Positions 1-9,505 of a stretch of 64,000 nucleotides of DNA are shown here, one piece after another (position 1 is the first letter of the stretch; each line of letters opens with the position of its first letter). The stretch lies in assembly GCA_025361085.1 (NCBI GenBank), contig JANYAX010000012.1, forward strand, positions 255-64,254. The letters run 5' to 3'. Position numbers and translations under genes: made by a program. The notes under the pieces are model-generated. The model did not search any database. It was given only the letters and a program-made list of their open reading frames with translations, and had not been told where the DNA came from. This stretch comes from Candidatus Nomurabacteria bacterium (GTDB taxonomy: Bacteria > Patescibacteriota > Minisyncoccia > Phycocordibacterales > UBA9973).

Positions 1-158
1 TTGTCGGACAATTGTATCCGAACGGATGAAATATAAAGCAGTTTATATTTCATATCCACACTTCCTTTTATTAACGCAACTCTGACTATATTAGCATATT
101 TATTCGATTTATAAAATATGATTGAGAAATAAGCACTAATATGTTATTTTATAAATAC

Positions 159-245
159 GGAGCCGTGTCAGAGTGGTCTAACGTACCTCTTTGCTAAAGA
201 GGCAGGGTGTAACAGCCCTCGCTGGTTCGAATCCAGCCGGCTCCG
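159..245 (+). tRNA. tRNA-Ser(GCT)
   Basis: Acceptor GGAGCCG/CGGCTCC with discriminator G; anticodon arm CCTCT-TTGCTAA-AGAGG; long variable arm; GGTTCGAATCC T-arm; CCA not encoded. Confidence 0.95.
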
Positions 246-264
246 CAAATCTTTAAACTCATAT

Positions 265-321
265 TTGACAAATAAAAACCAAATATGGTAGTATTTAGTT
301 TACCTAACTATTAGGTAAACT
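265..321 (+). promoter_or_regulatory. Sigma70-type promoter and palindromic operator of the marR operon
   Basis: TTGACA 265-270, TGnTAGTAT ending 294; perfect 11-bp inverted repeat AGTTTACCTAA-cta-TTAGGTAAACT (297-321) directly before the marR ATG. Confidence 0.7.
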
Positions 322-322
322 T

Positions 323-751
323 ATGAAAAATACAAAAATAACAGTGCATAAAGAGTTAGACGATATATTATTGGACTTTCGTCGTATCATGACATCTTCT
401 TTACTGAAGGAATCTCATGGGTCAGGGTTCTCACTTTCGCATTTTGAGATTATCAAGTATGTAGCAGAGAAAGGTAGAGTCTCAATGAAAGACATAGCAA
501 CATGGCTTCATATCACTCCCCCATCAGCAAGTGCCCTTGTCGACGTACTTGTAAAGAAAAAGCTTGTAACCAGAATCCCATCTGAAAAAGACAGACGAAC
601 CATCCACATTATTTTAAACAAAGAAGCACATAAACTCTTATTTAAGATACATAAGAATAAAATTACTGCCTTCAAGAAAATGCTTTCAAAGCTAGACAGT
701 AAAGATAAAGAAGATCTGGTCCGTATTATTAGCAAATGTATATCTAACTAG
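323..751 (+). CDS. MarR-family transcriptional regulator
   Basis: wHTH (ITPPSASALVDVLVKKKLV) and wing motif SEKDRR. Confidence 0.92.
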   Translation: MKNTKITVHKELDDILLDFRRIMTSSLLKESHGSGFSLSHFEIIKYVAEKGRVSMKDIATWLHITPPSASALVDVLVKKKLVTRIPSEKDRRTIHIILNKEAHKLLFKIHKNKITAFKKMLSKLDSKDKEDLVRIISKCISN

Positions 752-756
752 AAAAT

Positions 757-1734
757 ATGAAAAACAAACTTACAAAAATTTTATCAAAACCAAAAATAGT
801 TATTCCGGTCGTTGCTATTATCGGAATTTTCTTGATGATTGTCGAATACAACCACATCGGGAAAGCTCCAGAAGTGAACGTCGCACTTAACGCTCCCTCA
901 TCTTTTATCGAATCGAAAGGAATTATCGATCTTTCATTTCCTAAAAATGGTCGCGTAGCCGAAGTTCTAGCCACGAATGAGCAAACGGTGCATAAAGGAG
1001 ACATACTAGCTAGACTTTCTGCTCCCGATCAAGAAGGAGCGGCAAGTCAAGCCAAAGGAGCACTTGATTTGGCTGAAGCAGAATTCGCTTCACTCAATTC
1101 CCAATACGCAAGCACAAAGAAACAGCAAGATTTGATTGTGAAAAACGCTTATCAAACACTTCTCTCAAGTGGGCTCGAAGGGGTACCAAGTGAGCAAGAC
1201 ACAAACGTCCCAATAATTTCTGGAGCATATACTTGTGGCAAAGAAGGATCATACCTTATTAGTCCTTACAAATCAGCCGATGGTGATACTGGGTATTCTT
1301 TCGTTTATTCAGGGTTAGAAAATGGAGTTACAAGTGTTAAATATGACAATCCTGTTCTCTTGGGTAATTGCGGGCTTCAAATAAAATTTGCTCAAACAAC
1401 ATCTTTTAATGTAAGCACAAAATGGACTATCAATATCCCAAATACAAAAAGTCCTACATATCTGGCCAATAAAAATGCTTATGAATTAGCAAAACAAAAC
1501 GAAGAAAAAGCATTATCAGATTTGGCAACAACGATAGGAAATAGCGATAATAATAGTATCGAGAAGGCAAAAGTCGCCGCCGCTCGTGGAGCATATGAAG
1601 CTGCGCTCGGAGCATATCAAAACAATCTGATCGTTGCCCCCGAGAATGGAACTATCAGCTTCATCGACAAAGATTTACTGGTTGGTCAGTCGGTAATATC
1701 AAACAAAATTGTTATCAGCATAACTGCAAAATAA
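757..1734 (+). CDS. HlyD-like efflux adaptor protein with helical hairpin and an inserted domain
   Basis: N-terminal TM; split lipoyl halves LSFPKNGRVAEV..GDILARL and LIVAPENGTIS around a coiled region. Confidence 0.75.
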   Translation: MKNKLTKILSKPKIVIPVVAIIGIFLMIVEYNHIGKAPEVNVALNAPSSFIESKGIIDLSFPKNGRVAEVLATNEQTVHKGDILARLSAPDQEGAASQAKGALDLAEAEFASLNSQYASTKKQQDLIVKNAYQTLLSSGLEGVPSEQDTNVPIISGAYTCGKEGSYLISPYKSADGDTGYSFVYSGLENGVTSVKYDNPVLLGNCGLQIKFAQTTSFNVSTKWTINIPNTKSPTYLANKNAYELAKQNEEKALSDLATTIGNSDNNSIEKAKVAAARGAYEAALGAYQNNLIVAPENGTISFIDKDLLVGQSVISNKIVISITAK

Positions 1735-1736
1735 AT

Positions 1737-2369
1737 ATGGAAAAACCAAAGACAAGTATATTCGCAAAATCATGGATCCAAAGTTTAACAGGAATAATAG
1801 TTATTATTCTCGTTGTTGGTGGTGCATTATTTTACAAATCAATCTCATCCTACGTCAGTGTCGAAGATGCAATAATTTCTTCTCCTGTTATATCAATCGC
1901 GCCAGAAACACCAGGCACACTAGACCAAGTATATGTAAAAGAAGGTGATGCCGTCGTAAAGGGTCAACAGCTTGCAAGAGTTGGGGCTGAAATATTAACA
2001 GCAAAAGTTGACGGTATAATAATTTTCACAAACAATACACCGGGGCAAGTTTTCAATTCTTCACTTGCGGTTATAAAAATGATCGACCCAAATGAATCAA
2101 GAGTTCTAGCAACAATAAAAGAAAATTCTGGATTGTCAAAAATCGCAATTGGTAACCCTGTTTCATTCACCGTTGATGCTTTCGGGTCAAAACAATACAC
2201 AGGTGTAGTCGAAGAGATAAGCCCCACAGCTAATGATACAAATATTGTTTTCAATATTTCAGATAAAAGAGCAATCCAAGAATTTACAATAAAGGTCAAA
2301 TACGATGTGCCATCACACAAAGAATTTAAAAATGGCATGTCTGCAAAGATAAAAGTTTTCTATAAATAA
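1737..2369 (+). CDS. EmrA/HlyD-like adaptor protein lacking the helical hairpin
   Basis: TM, VKEGDAVVKGQQLA joined directly to LTAKVDGII, C-terminal barrel ending FKNGMSAKIKV. Confidence 0.8.
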   Translation: MEKPKTSIFAKSWIQSLTGIIVIILVVGGALFYKSISSYVSVEDAIISSPVISIAPETPGTLDQVYVKEGDAVVKGQQLARVGAEILTAKVDGIIIFTNNTPGQVFNSSLAVIKMIDPNESRVLATIKENSGLSKIAIGNPVSFTVDAFGSKQYTGVVEEISPTANDTNIVFNISDKRAIQEFTIKVKYDVPSHKEFKNGMSAKIKVFYK

Positions 2370-2372
2370 AAT

Positions 2373-3857
2373 ATGGAGACCAAGCAGAATAATCTGCGCT
2401 GGTGGATTCTCTTGACCGTCATTATCGGCACATTCTTGGGCCGACTTGATCAAACGATTGTTAACCTTGCGCTTCCTAAAATAATAAATACTTTCAGTAT
2501 CACTGTTTCATCAGCGGGGTGGATAGCCACGGCGTATATTTTAGCGAATGCGATATTTGTCCCTATCTGGGGGAAGCTTGGAGACACGATCGGGCGCAAA
2601 AAAGTTTATATAATCGGTTTTGCAATATTTATTCTCGGTTCAGTACTCGCGGGTCTCTCTTGGAATTTGAATTCTATGTTGGTGTTTCGAGTTATCCAAG
2701 CTATAGCCGGTTCAGCCGACTACCCTACCGCCATGGCGATAATCGCCGTAACTTTCAGTGCAGGGAAAGAAAGGGCTCAAGCTCTTGGACTTTGGTCTAC
2801 TTCATTTGCGGCCGCAACAGTTTTCGGCCCACTTCTCGGAGGACCACTAATCGATACCTTCGGCTGGCGTTCAGTTTTCTTTATCAATATTCCGATCGGT
2901 ATAGTTGGCATCTTGATGGCACTGCGATTTATTAATGAATCGAAATCCGCAATCAAAACAAAATTCTTCGACTGGTGGGGTGCAATAACGCTCGGCATAA
3001 TGCTTTCATCTCTCGTCTTGGTTCTCGACAAGGGTTCAGGCTGGGGGTGGTTGTCGCTTGATAGTTTTATCTGCTACGCACTAGTTGTAGTTTTCACTAA
3101 AATATTTATACAAGTAGAACACAGGGCGAAAGAACCAATCGTTGATCTGAAGTTTTTCAAAATCCCTGCGTTTGTGAATACCCTTTTGAATAATTTCATC
3201 GTCTTCATGGGAATGATGGGCGGGGTTTTCCTCATCCCGATTTTTGCCCAGACGTTTCTCGGTTACAATGCCACCGAAACTGGTTACCTATTCATCCCGA
3301 TGGCCGCAATGATGATGATCGCTTCACCACTCGGGGGAGCATTGTCTGGAAAAGTAAAAGCCAAATACATAATATTCGCAAGTACTTTCGTAGCCGCTAT
3401 TGGACTTTTCCTTTTTTCTTTCCTTGATCCAAAATCAGGACCCCTCGCTATCATAGTACCTCTGTGTATCATGGCTTTTGGCCTTGGTTTCGGAATGGCA
3501 CAAAGAACAAATATCATCGCTTCGGTTGTAGAGCCAAACGAAATAGGTATAGCTTCTTCGGTTCTTGCTATTGTTCGTAATATTGCTGGAGCTTTCGGGA
3601 TCGCCCTTTTTGGAACAATTTTAAACAATAGAATTAATCACAACATAATACAAATAAATGATTACAGCCACATCATAAGCAACAAGGTAGCTCAAGTTGG
3701 ACAATACATATCACTCATCATATTAAAAGCACAAGTTAATGCTTATGATTACGTATTTATAATTTCTGGTTTCGTTGTGGCCATTGGTGCTTTCGCCATC
3801 TTAACTCTCAAATTAAAAAACGAAAAAACAAATGTGACTGTTCATGTCGAAGGATAA
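2373..3857 (+). CDS. DHA2 (EmrB/QacA) MFS efflux permease
   Basis: LDQTIVNLALP, GKLGDTIGRKK, GPLLGG..GWRSVFFINIPIG motifs; about 14 TM segments. Confidence 0.93.
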   Translation: METKQNNLRWWILLTVIIGTFLGRLDQTIVNLALPKIINTFSITVSSAGWIATAYILANAIFVPIWGKLGDTIGRKKVYIIGFAIFILGSVLAGLSWNLNSMLVFRVIQAIAGSADYPTAMAIIAVTFSAGKERAQALGLWSTSFAAATVFGPLLGGPLIDTFGWRSVFFINIPIGIVGILMALRFINESKSAIKTKFFDWWGAITLGIMLSSLVLVLDKGSGWGWLSLDSFICYALVVVFTKIFIQVEHRAKEPIVDLKFFKIPAFVNTLLNNFIVFMGMMGGVFLIPIFAQTFLGYNATETGYLFIPMAAMMMIASPLGGALSGKVKAKYIIFASTFVAAIGLFLFSFLDPKSGPLAIIVPLCIMAFGLGFGMAQRTNIIASVVEPNEIGIASSVLAIVRNIAGAFGIALFGTILNNRINHNIIQINDYSHIISNKVAQVGQYISLIILKAQVNAYDYVFIISGFVVAIGAFAILTLKLKNEKTNVTVHVEG

Positions 3858-3887
3858 ATTACCATTTTTTGTGGTATAATATATCTT

Positions 3888-4637
3888 ATGGATGAATTGG
3901 AAAAATTGAAAAAGGAAGTGAGCCAATTAAAAGAATTAAACGAAAATAAATCCGATATTATTTCTATTACGGCCCACCAACTTCGCACATCCCTTTCAGC
4001 TCTCAAATGGATATTCAAAATGTTTATAGACAGAGATGTCGGCGAACTTACCAATGAACAAAACGAGCTAATGCAAAAAGCATATGTCAGTAACGAGCGT
4101 ATGCTAGTACTCGTGAATGATTTGCTCACACTAAGCCACAGTGAAGATGCGTTTATAAAATACAATTTCAAAAAAATAAATATTATTCACACGATTGAAC
4201 AAACAATATTTGAATTTTCTGGTGAATTAAGTAAAAAAGGCATCGAGTTAATTTTCTTGAAACCAGAAGAATCTTTCCCAGAATTAAATTGCGATGAAGA
4301 AATGATACGCGTAGTTATACAAAATTTGATTGAAAATGCCATAAAATACAGCAACAAAGGAGGAAAAATCTTCATATCACTTAAACAAGAAGATCATAAT
4401 ATAATAATGTCTGTCCACGACTCGGGAATCGGTATAGAAGAAGAAGATAAGCCAAGTATATTCAAAAAATTTTTTAGATCTGAAAAAGCTAAAGTGAAAG
4501 ACCCCATTGGGTCAGGGCTTGGTTTATTTACAACAAAAAATATAGTCGAAAAACACAATGGTAAGATATGGTTTGAAAAGACCGACGGAGATGGAACAAC
4601 CTTCTTTGTATCATTGCCAATTTCATTAAAAGTATAG
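3888..4637 (+). CDS. Cytoplasmic histidine kinase without a sensor domain
   Basis: H-box AHQLRTSL, N-box NLIENAIKYS, G boxes DSGIGI and GSGLGL. Confidence 0.92.
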   Translation: MDELEKLKKEVSQLKELNENKSDIISITAHQLRTSLSALKWIFKMFIDRDVGELTNEQNELMQKAYVSNERMLVLVNDLLTLSHSEDAFIKYNFKKINIIHTIEQTIFEFSGELSKKGIELIFLKPEESFPELNCDEEMIRVVIQNLIENAIKYSNKGGKIFISLKQEDHNIIMSVHDSGIGIEEEDKPSIFKKFFRSEKAKVKDPIGSGLGLFTTKNIVEKHNGKIWFEKTDGDGTTFFVSLPISLKV

Positions 4638-4651
4638 TATAATATAATCAC

Positions 4652-5020
4652 ATGAAAAAAGTGCTTATAATAGAAGATGACAGTTTTCTCCAGGGACTTG
4701 AAGCTAACAAACTTGAAAATGTTGGTTACAGTATCATTACAGCTTCAACAGGAGAAGAAGCAATGGAGAAAATTAATGAGCCAAAGATCGACTTGATACT
4801 TCTCGACTTGATACTTCCTAATTTTGATGGATTTGAAGTTCTCAAAAAAATTAGAGAAACCGAAGCTACAAAGAATGTACCAGTTATTGTATTTTCCAAT
4901 CTATCAGAAGAGAAAGATCAAGACAAAGCAAAGAAAATGGGAGCCAGCGACTTCATGGTCAAATCAAATTTTACTCTTGATGAATTAGTAGAAAGAATAA
5001 AAAAGGTACTGAAGAAATAG
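4652..5020 (+). CDS. Single-domain response regulator (receiver only)
   Basis: LIIEDD, LLDLILP..DG, FMVK motifs. Confidence 0.93.
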   Translation: MKKVLIIEDDSFLQGLEANKLENVGYSIITASTGEEAMEKINEPKIDLILLDLILPNFDGFEVLKKIRETEATKNVPVIVFSNLSEEKDQDKAKKMGASDFMVKSNFTLDELVERIKKVLKK

Positions 5021-5047
5021 TCCGCCATCTGGCGGATTTTGTTTTTT
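5021..5047 (+). terminator. Intrinsic terminator
   Basis: TCCGCCA-tc-TGGCGGA followed by T-rich tract. Confidence 0.75.
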
Positions 5048-5080
5048 ATATGGTTATTGTTTGTATGATATACTTAACAA

Positions 5081-5206
5081 ATGAGAGATTTGACCAAAAC
5101 TGAAACCATAATTCTTCTTATTATTTTCATTGCAATAGGCGGAATCGTCCTATATGGGAGAAATTCTATTAACAACTTTTCACCTCTAGATTATGTATTT
5201 AAATGA
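5081..5206 (+). CDS. Small single-TM protein, 41 aa (MRDLTKTETIILLIIFIAIGGIVLYGRNSINNFSPLDYVFK)
   Basis: Translated by hand (below ORF-track cutoff); hydrophobic helix; TGaTATACT 6 nt upstream; overlaps recG start. Confidence 0.5.
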   Translation: MRDLTKTETIILLIIFIAIGGIVLYGRNSINNFSPLDYVFK

Positions 5207-7469
5207 CAATATCGAATCTCATTTTCGAATAGACGCGAACCAAAAGAAAGCGATCACTCACCTCGGCATTACCCGCGTGCGTGATTTACTTTACTACTTC
5301 CCTTCGCGATATACCGACATCAGTGAATTCCGCAATATAAATACTCTACAAGATGGCGATACAGCAACTGTCATTGGGAAAATTTCTAATCTCAAAACCA
5401 AAAAAAGTTTCAAAAGTAAAATCCCGATGGGTGAAGCACTCATCACGGACATCACAGGCAAGATTCATATCATATGGTTCCATCAACCGTATCTAGCCAA
5501 AATGTTACAGGAGGGCGCAACTGTCCGCGTGACTGGCAAAATTTCTGACAATAAAACTTATGGTTTGACGCTGACAAACCCAGAAATAAGCAAGGAAGAT
5601 ATTTTGCCGATTGATTTGCACGACTCACTTTTCCAAAAATCCGAACGAAGTGAACAGTTTGGCTACCCCATTTACCCAGAGACAAAAGGGATTACTTCAA
5701 AATGGATGTATCATGCCATCGGAAAAATTCTAAAAAATGATTGCGTGAAAAATATAGAAGATTATTTAGATAAAGAAATATTAGAAAAATACAAACTGCC
5801 AAGCCTTCACACTGCTCTCGTTTGGATTCACTTGCCAAAAACAAAAGAGCACGCCGAAATCGCTCGCAAGCGATTTGCTTTTGAAGAAGTTTTTTTCATC
5901 CAACTTACTCGCCAGCAAGAACGTAAAAAATATGAAGAAAACTTTTCCTATAAACTTGTCGTCGATGACAAAGATATAAAAGATTTCACTTCACGTTTTC
6001 CTTTTACTCCGACACTTGCTCAAGACAATGCCATCCGCACAATATTGGCAGATTTGAAAAAAGATAAACCGATGTCTCGCCTCATCGAAGGTGATGTAGG
6101 AAGTGGTAAAACATTTGTAGCTGCAACCATCGCATACGCGGTTATAAAAAATACGACAGGAACTTCAAAATATGGTGATTTTGGCAATCTGCAAGTTGCC
6201 TATATGGCACCGACCGAAGTCTTGGCAATTCAACTATATGAGAACTTTGTAAAATATTTCGAACACACTGGCATCTCGATCGCTCTCATGACTTCAAGCG
6301 GTTGTCGCAAATTCCCAAGTAAAAGTGCAGGTTGGGAAAATGGGAAACAAATCAAAACTTGGACAACAATATCGAAAAATCAACTTTTGAAATGGATTAA
6401 AAATGGCGAAATTCCAATTGTTATCGGTACTCATTCACTTATTTCAAAATCTGTAGAATTTGAAGATTTGGGACTTGTAATAATCGACGAACAGCATCGT
6501 TTCGGGACAAATCAAAGAATGAAACTCGCCAAAAAAGAGGGGCACTCGCCTCACTACCTCTCGATGACGGCTACTCCTATCCCCCGCACATTGGCTCTGA
6601 CGATATATGGCGACTTAGATCTCTCAATCATCGACCAAATGCCAGCTGGAAGAAAAGAAGTTATCACTGAAATTGTTTCAGAAAACAAGAGAGAAAGTGC
6701 ATATGAAAAAATTAAAAAAGAATTAGAGGATGGACGACAACTTTACGTCATTTGTCCGAAGATAGAAGGAGGCGAAGAGATAGGACAAATTGTTCCAGGA
6801 AGCATTACGGAGGCCGACGGGCCGAGTACTAGCAAAAAACTCAGCAGAGTTTTATTGCGTGCTGACGGGAATAATTTGTCCGATCTCAAAGCCGTAACAT
6901 CAGAAGCCAAAAGATTAAAGAAAGATATTTTCCCAAATTACAATATTGAAATAATGCACAGCAAAATGACAAAAGATAAAAAGGAGAAAGTCATGCGTGA
7001 TTTTGCTGGTCATAAAATTGATATTTTAGTCTCCACTTCTGTTATTGAAGTCGGGGTAAACATTCCAAACGCAACCGTCATTGTTATCGAGGGAGCTGAA
7101 CGTTTTGGGCTCGCCCAGCTTCACCAACTCCGTGGACGTGTTATCCGCTCTACCTTCCAATCGTATTGTTATCTTTTCGCCAATGCCAAAACGGCTAAAA
7201 CTATGGATCGCCTAAAAGCACTCACGAAAGCTGCCAATGGCTTCGAACTTGCCGAGCTTGATTTACAACTTCGTGGAGCAGGGCTACTCGGTGGAGACAA
7301 GCAATGGGGCATCACCGACCTCGGGATGGAAGCCATAAAGAATATTAAAATGGTAGAAGCGGCGCGAAGCGAAGCAATCGCGATTATTCAAAAAGATATT
7401 GACCTAAAATCATCCCCTCTCCTTGCCCAAACCCTCGCCTCCAAAAACCTCAAATTGCATTTTGAATAG
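5193..7469 (+). CDS. recG: ATP-dependent DNA helicase RecG
   Basis: GDVGSGKT, IDEQHRFG, MTATPIPRTL, AERFGLAQLHQLRGRV. Confidence 0.96.
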   Translation: MYLNDNIESHFRIDANQKKAITHLGITRVRDLLYYFPSRYTDISEFRNINTLQDGDTATVIGKISNLKTKKSFKSKIPMGEALITDITGKIHIIWFHQPYLAKMLQEGATVRVTGKISDNKTYGLTLTNPEISKEDILPIDLHDSLFQKSERSEQFGYPIYPETKGITSKWMYHAIGKILKNDCVKNIEDYLDKEILEKYKLPSLHTALVWIHLPKTKEHAEIARKRFAFEEVFFIQLTRQQERKKYEENFSYKLVVDDKDIKDFTSRFPFTPTLAQDNAIRTILADLKKDKPMSRLIEGDVGSGKTFVAATIAYAVIKNTTGTSKYGDFGNLQVAYMAPTEVLAIQLYENFVKYFEHTGISIALMTSSGCRKFPSKSAGWENGKQIKTWTTISKNQLLKWIKNGEIPIVIGTHSLISKSVEFEDLGLVIIDEQHRFGTNQRMKLAKKEGHSPHYLSMTATPIPRTLALTIYGDLDLSIIDQMPAGRKEVITEIVSENKRESAYEKIKKELEDGRQLYVICPKIEGGEEIGQIVPGSITEADGPSTSKKLSRVLLRADGNNLSDLKAVTSEAKRLKKDIFPNYNIEIMHSKMTKDKKEKVMRDFAGHKIDILVSTSVIEVGVNIPNATVIVIEGAERFGLAQLHQLRGRVIRSTFQSYCYLFANAKTAKTMDRLKALTKAANGFELAELDLQLRGAGLLGGDKQWGITDLGMEAIKNIKMVEAARSEAIAIIQKDIDLKSSPLLAQTLASKNLKLHFE
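6777..6887. repeat. Palindromic element inserted in frame in recG
   Basis: GAGAT-AGGACAAATTGTTCC ... GGAATAATTTGTCC-GATCTC terminal inverted repeat with an inner hairpin. Confidence 0.65.
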
Positions 7470-7472
7470 GAA

Positions 7473-9185
7473 TTATTCTGTGTCATTAATTATTCTTTCC
7501 TGCTTGCTAATTTCTCCATTTGAAAAAGAATTTTTATTAGTCTCTCCCTGGGGCATGGCTTTATAATCTATATTAAAAATTGGCTTATTTTCATTATCAA
7601 ATGAAACAGCTAAATCCTTTATTCCAATAGGCTTATCCGCTGCAAGAGAATCGGCGTTGTATGTTCTTGAAAATTCTTGAGCATATCCGCCTTGAGCTCC
7701 AACACTGCATGAAATAAAACCAACTCTCGGGGTTTCGACAAAAAATCTTTTCGCTTTTTTGAAACCCTCTCCCTTAAAATCATCCTTACTTAAATATCTT
7801 TTATCTTCAGATCTTACAAAGTCAGCTTTTGATACTTCTTCAATACTTTTTTCATCAAAATCTTGGGTTAGAATTATTCCGTCTGGTGAGCCGTGTCCAA
7901 AAACAATTGCGTATTCTATTTTATTTTGGTCACCGAACTTAATGTCTTGTCTCAATAATCTTTTTGCTAAATCTATTTTATTTGCAACTTCTATATATCT
8001 AGTAAGATAATCATGATTAGATAATTCGTTTGAAATATTTTCGAGTTTTGGCCCCAATCCATTTTTTTCAAAAGCATTATTGTGATCATGGCGCGAAGTT
8101 ATAAACATTCCATATTGCCCTTCTTGGTCTGCTATTTCTAATTGTTTAATCCAAAATTCTGGTGACATTCGATCGAAACGAGTCACGCCATTGTTTTCAT
8201 ATAGTTTTTTTACTGCCCCTTTTTGAATTTTTTCTAAATCACTAACATTTTTTAAATTTTTAATAACACATGATCCGTCTTCAAAATAATCTGCCTCAAG
8301 CCAACTATTCGTAAAAACAGAAGCATCTTCTATCCCTATTTTAGAAATAAAATCAGATAGTTCACTTTTATACAAAAAAGACATCTCCTGTGATTCCTCA
8401 ATCATCTCCCACCTAGGTAATTTATTAAAATCACCCTTATCAAAAATATCCCTAAGCGTCAAAACATATCCGCGCCTAAAACGAAGATCATCTTTTAAAT
8501 AAAAATCTAATAATTTTGGATACAAAAATGGATTTTCTTTAAAATTTTCTGACTTGTCTTTTATTTCATCTATTATTTTTATTATCTTAGGATCATCTAA
8601 TTTTAAAGATTCGGTTGATAAAACATTATTAAAGAATTTAGCGTGGTTGTGGCCAGAAGAATCATAAGTTTCTGGATCAATTTTTTCATTTTCAATGACA
8701 TAATCTTCAGATGAGAATTTCTCTTTATAATATGATTCAAATATTTGTTGTTGTATAAATGAGTATTCACTTTTTGAGTCAATTATTTTCCAATGATTAC
8801 AAATCAGGTCTTCAAAATAAGGATTATTTTGTAATTCACATTTTATGTTTGAAATAGAAAAAGCTTCAGAGATAGCATTATCAGAGAAAAAGTATTTTGT
8901 TGCCTCTAAAAAATCTTTCATTTTTTCAAGATCAGAAGTTTCTTCCATCAGTTTCTTCAATTCATATATTGAAGAAACAACACCAGGATAAGATCCTTCA
9001 GCTTTCACCTCTGCATAATTTTCTAAATCTTTTTTATTTTTTTCTTTTAAATCATCTAGTATTTTTTCTTTTTTTGTTTTTTCTTTACTACCAATAACAC
9101 TCATTTCTTCAGTACTTTCTGGTTGAAAATTTTCTACTTTATTATCTCCAATATTTTCTGAATTATTTGGTTGATTAAAATTCAT
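7473..9185 (-). CDS. Hypothetical acidic protein with C-terminal His/Cys (DUF4347/clan CD-like) region
   Basis: 570-aa ORF; IVFGHGSPDG and FISCSVG motifs near the C-terminus. Confidence 0.6.
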   Translation of the reverse strand: MNFNQPNNSENIGDNKVENFQPESTEEMSVIGSKEKTKKEKILDDLKEKNKKDLENYAEVKAEGSYPGVVSSIYELKKLMEETSDLEKMKDFLEATKYFFSDNAISEAFSISNIKCELQNNPYFEDLICNHWKIIDSKSEYSFIQQQIFESYYKEKFSSEDYVIENEKIDPETYDSSGHNHAKFFNNVLSTESLKLDDPKIIKIIDEIKDKSENFKENPFLYPKLLDFYLKDDLRFRRGYVLTLRDIFDKGDFNKLPRWEMIEESQEMSFLYKSELSDFISKIGIEDASVFTNSWLEADYFEDGSCVIKNLKNVSDLEKIQKGAVKKLYENNGVTRFDRMSPEFWIKQLEIADQEGQYGMFITSRHDHNNAFEKNGLGPKLENISNELSNHDYLTRYIEVANKIDLAKRLLRQDIKFGDQNKIEYAIVFGHGSPDGIILTQDFDEKSIEEVSKADFVRSEDKRYLSKDDFKGEGFKKAKRFFVETPRVGFISCSVGAQGGYAQEFSRTYNADSLAADKPIGIKDLAVSFDNENKPIFNIDYKAMPQGETNKNSFSNGEISKQERIINDTE

Positions 9186-9190
9186 ATTTG

Positions 9191-9264
9191 TCCGTCCTCT
9201 AGGACTCGAACCTAGGACCCTCGAGGTATAAGCTCGATGCTCTAACCAACTGAGCTAAGGACGG
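9191..9264 (-). tRNA. tRNA-Ile with UAU anticodon
   Basis: CCGTCCT-TA-GCTCAGTTGGTTAGAGC-A-TCGAG-CTTATAC-CTCGA-GGGTC-CTAGGTTCGAGTCCTAG-AGGACGG-A. Confidence 0.92.
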
Positions 9265-9271
9265 AAATTGG

Positions 9272-9505
9272 TTAATTACAAAACCATTCTTTTTCACTTA
9301 TTCCTGACTGAAGAATGACTCCCTTTAAGGTTCTAGGCTTAATTGATTGTTTACCATGAAAAGGAACACAAACATTTCTTAATATTCCTTCATGATACCC
9401 AACATAATAAAAATGACTGGCATTCGTATAATTAAGTTTAAACCCTTTTTCTTTTAGGAAAGATTCTACATCTTTAAATGTCCAATTAAAAAATCTTTTT
9501 GGCAT
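9272..9505 (-). CDS. hicA: HicA-family toxin (mRNA interferase)
   Basis: 77 aa, L..KGF....ASH, VPFH...IKPRTLKGVILQSGI pattern. Confidence 0.8.
   Translation of the reverse strand: MPKRFFNWTFKDVESFLKEKGFKLNYTNASHFYYVGYHEGILRNVCVPFHGKQSIKPRTLKGVILQSGISEKEWFCN

Noticed and set aside
26-53. AT-rich hairpin ATGAAATATAAA-gcag-TTTATATTTCAT
   Set aside because: Context is cut by the window edge; no function can be assigned
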